A stretch of 6,343 bases of DNA from contig JBBTED010000029.1 of NCBI GenBank assembly GCA_038042445.1, forward strand, positions 1 through 6,343. Direction: 5' to 3'. The position numbers were made by a program, and so were the translations under genes. How positions within the stretch are numbered: position 1 is the stretch's first letter; every line of letters begins with the position of its first letter. The DNA comes from Candidatus Firestoneibacteriota bacterium (GTDB lineage Bacteria > Oederibacteriota > D2-FULL-39-29 > JBBTED01). Below the pieces are notes generated by a model. It saw only the letters and a program-made list of their open reading frames with translations. It had not been told where the DNA came from and did not search any database. Positions 1 through 5,156 of the stretch are shown one piece after another.

Positions 1-790
1 CCAATACAGTATCACCTTCATTGCTACTTGCTTTAATAATTCGTTCTAAAAGTTCTTCTGGCTTCTGTGTAGGATAACCTTGCCGTTCTTTAGAAATATT
101 TATTACTGCTGGAATTACCCACCAATCAACTGGCAATACATCTGCATAATATCTACCATCTTCATCCTGTTCTGGATTAAAAAATGGTTTATCATAATAA
201 ATTCTTTCTTTTTTACAATTAAAAATATATTTATCGGTTTTTGTATAAAAAAATATCACATCATGTTTTCTTGAGAAATGTTTTTTACTTGCACCACCAG
301 TCCTATAACACCAAATTACTTCATTCTGGAAATCTCCACCTTTAGGGCAAAATATTGCATCCAAAATCAATTTTAAATAATGGCTTGCAGTAGGGTCGCA
401 ATGCAAATAAAAACTTCCTGTTGGTTTTAATACTCTTTGAATTTCTGCGATTCGTAAAGTCATACTAATTAAATACGCTAATAAACTTTCTTTTCCTAAA
501 ACTCTTGATAATCCTTGTATCAAATCAATACTTTGTGTAGTAAAAACCCCATTATAATTTTCAGCTATTTGGTCAAAACCTTTATTCGCTTCATCATTCC
601 ATTCCCAAGTATCAATAAATGCCTGTGCTTGTGCTTTATCTTCTTCGCCCTTATTAAGATAAATTTGATTGTAGGTTCTTTTTGAATTGAAAGGTGGGTC
701 AATATAGCATAGGTCAATACTGTTATCTTTGATTTTTTTTCTAAGTATTTCTAAATTATCACCATAATAAAGTTCCCTATCTTTAAACAT
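1..790 (-). CDS. Site-specific N6-adenine/N4-cytosine DNA methyltransferase, beta class (Mod/YhdJ-like); 3' end outside the window
   Basis: Manual translation from ATG at 790 is open to the window edge (263 codons): MFKDRELYYGDNLEILRKKIKDNSIDLCYIDPPFNSKRTYN...RVLKPTGSFYLHCD...NEVIWCY...RKHDVIFFY...ERQGYPTQKPEELLERIIKASSNEGDTVL. It contains catalytic motif IV DPPF and the YPTQKPxxLLERII motif that precedes SAM-binding motif I in beta-class MTases. GGAG SD at 801-804; the in-frame stop at 806-808 fixes the start. Confidence 0.93.
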   Translation of the reverse strand, partial: MFKDRELYYGDNLEILRKKIKDNSIDLCYIDPPFNSKRTYNQIYLNKGEEDKAQAQAFIDTWEWNDEANKGFDQIAENYNGVFTTQSIDLIQGLSRVLGKESLLAYLISMTLRIAEIQRVLKPTGSFYLHCDPTASHYLKLILDAIFCPKGGDFQNEVIWCYRTGGASKKHFSRKHDVIFFYTKTDKYIFNCKKERIYYDKPFFNPEQDEDGRYYADVLPVDWWVIPAVINISKERQGYPTQKPEELLERIIKASSNEGDTVL

Positions 791-924
791 AAAAACCCGT
801 CTCCATCACTCACCACAAGTTTTTATATCCTGACTCAGTTAAGAGTCAAGACAGATGAAAACGGGCTTTTTAAACCCGCTTCACATACGCTACTTGTGGT
901 GAGATTTTTTAAATTCAAGCGTAT
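791..924 (-). promoter_or_regulatory. Structured 5' leader (putative two-state translational switch) of the methyltransferase
   Basis: Perfect 12-bp inverted repeat 809-820/892-903. 17-bp helix 854-870/791-807 covering the SD and ending next to the AUG. Internal hairpin 828-836/843-851. Competing hairpin ~858-868/872-882. 7-bp helix 885-891/918-924. The non-Watson-Crick pairs are G-U only on the minus strand. Confidence 0.6.
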
Positions 925-968
925 TTATTCTATTTTATATTTGAAATATTATATCGTTATATTCCTCC

Positions 969-1472
969 TCATTGTAAAAATCCTATTTTCTTTTTTGGTT
1001 TTTCTGGCAATTCAACTGGTTTCATTAGTCGTTTTATAGCCTCAAATACAACTTTAAACTGTTGGTCATATTTTTTCTCCATAGTATCAATTTTTCTTTT
1101 CAATTCTATATAAGTTAAACTTTCTCTCTTTAAATTGACAAATGCTCGCATAATTTGAATATTCACCATAATAGCACGTTCACTATTTAGAACACTGGAT
1201 AACATTGCCACCCCTTGTTCACTAAAAGCATAAGGGAGATAACGCCTACCACCTCTTTTTGAGGTGACAATTTGGCACCTCAAAAATTCACTCTTTGTTA
1301 ATTGAAACATAAAATCTTCTGGAAATCTTTTAATATTTCTACGAACTTGGCGTATTAGATATTTTGTTTCCACACCATAAAGTTCTGCTAAATCTGTATC
1401 CAGCATTACTCTTCTGCCACGAATTTGGGATATTTTGTTTTCTACTCTTTCCTGTGGAATTAAATTTGACAT
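969..1472 (-). CDS. ORF6N domain-containing DNA-binding protein (phage antirepressor-like)
   Basis: 167 aa with the characteristic IRGxxVMLDxDLAELYGVETK...QVRRNxxRFPEDFMFQLT, GGRRYLPYAFxEQGVAMLSSVLNSERAIxVNIQIMRAFV and C-terminal KIGF motifs. Confidence 0.92.
   Translation of the reverse strand: MSNLIPQERVENKISQIRGRRVMLDTDLAELYGVETKYLIRQVRRNIKRFPEDFMFQLTKSEFLRCQIVTSKRGGRRYLPYAFSEQGVAMLSSVLNSERAIMVNIQIMRAFVNLKRESLTYIELKRKIDTMEKKYDQQFKVVFEAIKRLMKPVELPEKPKKKIGFLQ
1256..1286. repeat. 31-bp palindrome inside the ORF6N coding sequence
   Basis: TTTTTGAGGTG-ACAATTTGG-CACCTCAAAAA: perfect 11-bp arms (1256-1266/1276-1286), and the spacer is itself partly symmetric (CAA-T-TTG). Confidence 0.85.
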
Positions 1473-1506
1473 TATTTTTTTCCTTCTTACCTCACCTTAC
1501 AACTAA

Positions 1507-1535
1507 ATTTTAACTCAAACAAATACTATTGGCAA
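1507..1535 (-). promoter_or_regulatory. Sigma70-type promoter for the ORF6N gene
   Basis: Minus strand TTGCCA (1535-1530), 17-nt spacer, TAAAAT (1512-1507), about 35 nt upstream of the ATG. Purine-rich GAGG/AAGGA follows. Confidence 0.65.
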
Positions 1536-1657
1536 GAAATATTTCGTCTAATGTTTTATTCCTAAGATATAGGGAACAACAGTGTGGGGTAAACATTTAA
1601 ATCATTTTTAGATAATGCAGTTGGAAAGTGAGCTTTTATGGTATTTATTGTTTTAGG

Positions 1658-1685
1658 TTTGGATGGGGTATATACCCTATCCAAA
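1658..1685. repeat. 28-bp near-perfect palindrome (plus-strand terminator-like hairpin or protein-binding site)
   Basis: TTTGGATGGGGTAT|ATACCCTATCCAAA with one mismatch that is G-U on the plus strand, followed by TTTT. Confidence 0.6.
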
Positions 1686-1749
1686 TTTTGTGACATTTTT
1701 GTGTCATTTTAGGAGTAAAATCAAGTAAATTTAGGTAAAATTAAGGAAA
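1686..1749. repeat. att-arm-like repeats: 11-bp tandem pair plus four phased 10-bp units
   Basis: TTTTGTGACAT/TTTTGTGTCAT (1686-1696, 1697-1707), then TAGGAGTAAA, ATCAAGTAAA, TTTAGGTAAA, ATTAAGGAAA (1710-1749). They lie 80-140 bp from the tRNA anticodon loop. Confidence 0.6.
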
Positions 1750-1823
1750 CCTAAAATTCAGAATTCTCTTTGTAATACCTACATTTATATTGATTTTGCT
1801 ATGTTTTTAAAATAGCCCAGAAA

Positions 1824-1866
1824 GGATTTCAAGTCCGATGCCTTAGCCAGTTAGGACTAGCTCTCC
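1824..1866 (-). pseudogene. 5' fragment of tRNA-Ser(UGA), truncated in the 3' strand of the anticodon stem (probable att site)
   Basis: Minus strand GGAGAGC TA GTCCTAACTGGCTAAGGC A TCGGA CT-TGA-AA TCC then TTTCTGGG. It has the acceptor 5' strand, a D-loop with GG, and the anticodon arm with TGA at 1831-1829. Only 3 of 5 stem pairs close; no variable arm, GTTCRA T-loop or acceptor 3' strand follows. Confidence 0.8.
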
Positions 1867-1878
1867 GTGATTTTTATA

Positions 1879-2268
1879 TTATAAATCCCAGTAGTTTTTA
1901 GGACTTATAATTCTAATGTTTTTATATGTTTTCAAATCAAGTAAATCCTTATCTCCAGTAATTATAACATTTATTTTATTAATAACTCCGTCAGCTAATA
2001 CCTGATTATCATCTAAGTCTCTACAAATTTTTTCAATTACATTAGCAGTAATTCCTTTAATGAAAAATTTTTCAATAAATATTATAAATTCATTTGTGAT
2101 TGAATCTGAATAATGAAATTTACCCCTGATAACTTTTCTAAATTCATTAATTATAAAAGTAGTGTAATAAATTTCATGTTCATGAATAGCTTGTTCTATA
2201 ACATCATAGGAGCTACCACCACTTATAAAAGCAGCTACTATAACATTAGTATCAAAAAGTATATTCAT
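1879..2268 (-). CDS. vapC: PIN-domain toxin (VapC-like ribonuclease) of a type II toxin-antitoxin pair
   Basis: 129 aa with ILFDTNV, a conserved Glu (INEF), CRDLDDNQVL and IITGDKDLL acidic active-site motifs. 4-nt ATGA overlap with the upstream antitoxin. Confidence 0.9.
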   Translation of the reverse strand: MNILFDTNVIVAAFISGGSSYDVIEQAIHEHEIYYTTFIINEFRKVIRGKFHYSDSITNEFIIFIEKFFIKGITANVIEKICRDLDDNQVLADGVINKINVIITGDKDLLDLKTYKNIRIISPKNYWDL

Positions 2269-2486
2269 GAAACTTGTTCAAAAATTTCTTCTTCAGTTAA
2301 TCGAATTCCTCTTTTTACTGCTTCTATTTTGGCTTTTTTGCGCAAACGATCAAATTTTTCTCTAAAGAAATATTCGCGTAATGCTTTGCGTACAATCTCG
2401 CTTGAATTGGAACTTTCTTCTTTACTCTCACTTTTCAGTTGTCTAAATATAGCATCTGGTAAACTTATAGATATTGAATTTCTCAT
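2265..2486 (-). CDS. Ribbon-helix-helix (CopG/Arc/MetJ) antitoxin
   Basis: 73 aa. N-terminal beta-strand SISISLP, helix, SSEIVRKALREY, and C-terminal GIRLTEEEIF. AAGGGGG SD upstream; translationally coupled to the PIN toxin. Confidence 0.87.
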   Translation of the reverse strand: MRNSISISLPDAIFRQLKSESKEESSNSSEIVRKALREYFFREKFDRLRKKAKIEAVKRGIRLTEEEIFEQVS

Positions 2487-2504
2487 AACTACATACCCCC
2501 TTCT

Positions 2505-2541
2505 TGTAACACAATGTAATACATAAGAATAAATTTGTCAA
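2505..2541 (-). promoter_or_regulatory. TA operon promoter with overlapping autoregulatory operator
   Basis: Perfect TTGACA (2541-2536), 17-nt spacer, TACATT (2518-2513). Two TGTAAYACA quasi-palindromes (2505-2513, 2515-2523) with 10-bp periodicity overlap the -10 and start region. Confidence 0.75.
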
Positions 2542-2643
2542 GAATTTTTGAAATATTAGAAATATTAGACAATCTTTCTCTTTAAATGAATCCACAATAT
2601 TAAAATAAGTCCTATGTTTTTCCAGCATTTTAATCATCAAAAA

Positions 2644-3780
2644 CTATATCAATAAATCTTCTTCTGCTCCAGGAAAAAACCATTTTTGAGCAATAAAAGT
2701 AGGAATAATAGCGCTCGCTATGGCTACACCAACTAATAAAGAATATTGAGATTGGTTTATAAAACCAGAATTTAATCCGAATAAACTTACAATTAGATCA
2801 AAAGTTAACCCGGTACTCATTAATAATGTAAAATACATACTCTCAACACCAATATATTTTTTTGATAAGAAAAAAACTCCTGTAAACTTTGTTGTTAATT
2901 TCAAAATAAACAATATTATAAAAATACCGATACAACTTAAAAGCAATGGCAGAGAAACTTTCAAACCACCAGAAATAAAAAATATAGGTGTAATAAAAGC
3001 ATAAGCAACTGTCCTTAATCTATTCATTAATATTATAGTTTCAGATTTTTTGGAGAAATATTTTGACATAAACAATCCCAAAATAAAAGCTGGTAGTATG
3101 GCATACATACCACTTAATTCAGCAAAAAATACAAATACCAAAAGAATCAGAAAGATATATTTTATTTCAGGTTCTATAACTTTATTTCTTAAAACAGGAT
3201 TGTGAAATATAATATGTGAATATTTGCTTGCAAAAAAAATTACGATTATTGATATCATTATAAAAATGAAACTATACATTGTTGGCTTAACAAATAAAAC
3301 ACTTAATCCCAACGCACCTATTACATTTGTTATAAATGTAGCTGACATCAGTATTTTACCTATTTCAGGTTTTAACATTTTAGTTTCTACAAGCACAGAA
3401 TACACAACAGCAATAGAAGTACTTGATACTGCTAACCCAGCTATTAGCGATGCGTTATAACTCCAGTTAGCTATATAATAAACATATAGAAAAATTCCAG
3501 AAAAAGAAATGAAAAAAGAAAATATGCCTATTAAAAAACTTTCCTTTAATTTTTCTTTTATTGAATCTATATCTATTTCTGTTCCTGCCAAAAATGTTAA
3601 AACTATTCCACCAAAACTTCCTATATATATCATCCATGGCTCAGCTTTTAACCCAAAAGCTCCTGCAATAACACCAAGCAAAACTTCTATTATAGCTACG
3701 GATAATCCTACTTTTAATGATATAAAACTGGAAATAAAAATCAATAACCCCATAATCAATGGAACAACATCTGCTGTCAT
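2644..3780 (-). CDS. Cation:proton antiporter, CPA2/Kef-like membrane domain (Na_H_Exchanger fold), fluoride-riboswitch controlled
   Basis: 378 aa, highly hydrophobic with about 12-13 TM segments. Motifs FLAGTEID, SSTSIAVV, GKILMSA, TPIFFISGGL, KxxxKFxG and LMSTGLTF. AAGGAG SD at 3791-3796. Confidence 0.9.
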   Translation of the reverse strand: MTADVVPLIMGLLIFISSFISLKVGLSVAIIEVLLGVIAGAFGLKAEPWMIYIGSFGGIVLTFLAGTEIDIDSIKEKLKESFLIGIFSFFISFSGIFLYVYYIANWSYNASLIAGLAVSSTSIAVVYSVLVETKMLKPEIGKILMSATFITNVIGALGLSVLFVKPTMYSFIFIMISIIVIFFASKYSHIIFHNPVLRNKVIEPEIKYIFLILLVFVFFAELSGMYAILPAFILGLFMSKYFSKKSETIILMNRLRTVAYAFITPIFFISGGLKVSLPLLLSCIGIFIILFILKLTTKFTGVFFLSKKYIGVESMYFTLLMSTGLTFDLIVSLFGLNSGFINQSQYSLLVGVAIASAIIPTFIAQKWFFPGAEEDLLI

Positions 3781-3826
3781 AAGGATTTATCTCCTTTATA
3801 TCGTATAAATAACTCCATATCTTTAC

Positions 3827-3863
3827 AAATCCCCCTTAATACCCCTTTTTCAAAGTGGGAAAT
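3827..3863. repeat. Degenerate REP-like C-rich/G-rich short element
   Basis: AAATCCCCCTTAATACCCCTTTTTCAAAGTGGGAAAT: C5-N6-C4 followed by an imperfect CCCCTTT..AAAGTGGG hairpin. It resembles, from memory, an interspersed AATCCCCC...CCCCCTTT..AAAGGGGG repeat type. Only one copy in the window. Confidence 0.4.
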
Positions 3864-3899
3864 ATTACTGTACACCCACTAAATTCCCTGAAGACCCAT

Positions 3900-3936
3900 A
3901 AAAAAAATAACCTCTACTATTGCTAGTAGAGGTTAT
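3900..3936 (-). terminator. Intrinsic terminator (expression platform of the fluoride riboswitch)
   Basis: Minus strand ATAACCTCTACTA-GCAA-TAGTAGAGGTTAT (13-bp perfect stem, GNRA loop) followed by T7. Its 5' strand overlaps the aptamer pseudoknot strand. Confidence 0.92.
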
Positions 3937-3976
3937 CATCCTGATTCATCAGACAGTTTTGGCGAACCTCATCGCC
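3926..3976 (-). promoter_or_regulatory. Fluoride riboswitch aptamer (crcB motif)
   Basis: Minus strand GGCGA-UGAGGU-UCGCC AAAACUG UCUGA-UGAA-UCAGG AUGAUA ACCUC UAC. P1 is GGCGA/UCGCC, P2 is a short hairpin, loop GAGGU pairs with ACCUC as the pseudoknot, and the conserved GAUG, UGAU and terminal UAC are present. Confidence 0.93.
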
Positions 3977-3994
3977 ATTTATAATTTTAATAAT

Positions 3995-5152
3995 TTACTT
4001 TTTTGTTGCGGATTCTTTTATTAATTGTAATGCTATTTCATTTCTTTGTATTTGGTTTGTTCCTTCGTAAATCTGTGTTATTTTTGCATCACGCATCATT
4101 TTTTCTACTGGATATTCTTTCATATAGCCATATCCGCCAAAAATCTGAACAGCATTAACAGTAACTTTCATAGCAACATCCGAGCAAAAAAGTTTGCACA
4201 TTGCTGATTCTTTTGCAAAACTTTTAACTTTACCATCTACCATTTTACAGGTAGCATACAAAAGAGCACGAGCTGCCTCTATTTCTGTAGCCATATCAGC
4301 AAGCATATGCTGAACTGCCTGAAAAGATGAAATCGGCTGACCAAATTGCTTTCTGGTGCGTGAATACATTAAAGCTTCTTCAAATGCACCTGCAGCAATT
4401 CCAAGTGCCTGTGCTGCAACTCCTGGCCTTGAATTAAATAACGTATTAACCGCAACTATGAATCCTTTCCCTACTCCACCGAGTATATTTTCTTTTGGAA
4501 TTTTGCAATCCTGAAAAACTAATTCACGGGTAGCAGAAGCACGTATTCCCATTTTATTTTCTTTTTTTCCAAAAGTAAAACCAGGTGTATCTTTTTCAAC
4601 TAAAAATGCCGTTGCTCCTCTTGCACCTCTCGCTTTATCAGTAATTGCAATAACCGCATAAACCTGAGCTTCACCAGCATTTGTTATCCATTGTTTTGTC
4701 CCATTTAAAATATAATAATCTCCATCTGCTTTTGCTGTTGTTTCCATTGCACCAGCATCAGAACCGGCATTTGCTTCAGTTAAACCAAATGCAGCGATTA
4801 TTTCACCTTTTGAAATCTTTGGCAGATATTTTTTCTTCTGCTCTTCACTTCCAAATAATAAAATTGGAAATGTTCCAAGTGCAGTAGCAGCAAATGCAAG
4901 TGATATTCCACCACAAACCTTGCTTAATTCTTCAACTGCCAAACACAATTCAAAACAACCTGCACCAAAACCGCCATATTCCTGTGGTATATACACCCCA
5001 CATATATCAGCTTCTCCAAGTGCTTTAACAATATCCCATGGAAATACTCCTTCTTCATCATATTTCTCACGGATAGGTTTAACTTTTTTCTCAGCTATTT
5101 CCTTACATATCTGTACTATCATCTTTTGTTCTTCAGTTAAAAAGTATTCCAT
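3995..5152 (-). CDS. Acyl-CoA dehydrogenase (short-chain/butyryl-CoA dehydrogenase-like)
   Basis: 385 aa with FGLTEANAGSDA, LNGTKQWITNA, KENKMGIRASAT, RKQFGQPI, QIFGGYGY and catalytic-Glu IYEGTNQIQR motifs. AGGAG SD lies within the end of rnc. Confidence 0.96.
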   Translation of the reverse strand: MEYFLTEEQKMIVQICKEIAEKKVKPIREKYDEEGVFPWDIVKALGEADICGVYIPQEYGGFGAGCFELCLAVEELSKVCGGISLAFAATALGTFPILLFGSEEQKKKYLPKISKGEIIAAFGLTEANAGSDAGAMETTAKADGDYYILNGTKQWITNAGEAQVYAVIAITDKARGARGATAFLVEKDTPGFTFGKKENKMGIRASATRELVFQDCKIPKENILGGVGKGFIVAVNTLFNSRPGVAAQALGIAAGAFEEALMYSRTRKQFGQPISSFQAVQHMLADMATEIEAARALLYATCKMVDGKVKSFAKESAMCKLFCSDVAMKVTVNAVQIFGGYGYMKEYPVEKMMRDAKITQIYEGTNQIQRNEIALQLIKESATKK

Positions 5153-5156
5153 ATTT

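Larger units (their letters stand above)
1..1833. mobile_element. Right end of a putative integrative element (prophage/genomic island) inserted at the anticodon loop of tRNA-Ser(UGA)
   Basis: tRNA identity stops just past the anticodon loop (1824). Arm-like and Xis-like repeats lie on the left side (1686-1749), and the left-hand genes are typical accessory cargo (ORF6N, DNA MTase). No integrase or second att site is in the window. Confidence 0.6.

Noticed and set aside
80..274. Plus-strand 64-aa ORF
   Set aside because: Antisense shadow of the methyltransferase gene; no recognisable motif.
948..970. Strong SD-like GAGGAGG overlapping the ORF6N stop
   Set aside because: It is followed by ACG ATA TAA, with no canonical start or ORF. 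At most a relic of a lost gene start.
1771..1778. TGTAATAC, matching the TA operator unit, near the att site
   Set aside because: A single 8-bp match in AT-rich DNA without the tandem partner; likely chance.
1783..1795. IHF-like site (minus strand AATCAATATAAAT) between arm repeats and tRNA fragment
   Set aside because: Has WATCAA but lacks the TTR element; too weak to call.
1824..1866. Alternative readings as tRNA-Sec or as an intron-split tRNA
   Set aside because: The anticodon reads TGA, not TCA, and no 6-bp Sec-type D-stem forms. The anticodon loop is uninterrupted, no group I/II intron features follow, and no 3' exon is in the window.
2113..2526. Plus-strand 137-aa ORF
   Set aside because: Antisense to the well-supported toxin-antitoxin genes.
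2550..2569. Tandem GAAATATTA duplication upstream of the TA -35
   Set aside because: Short low-complexity AT-rich repeat with no assignable function.
2443..2640. Minus-strand 65-aa ORF between antiporter and antitoxin
   Set aside because: Runs through the TA promoter/operator and overlaps the antitoxin start; no convincing SD or motif.
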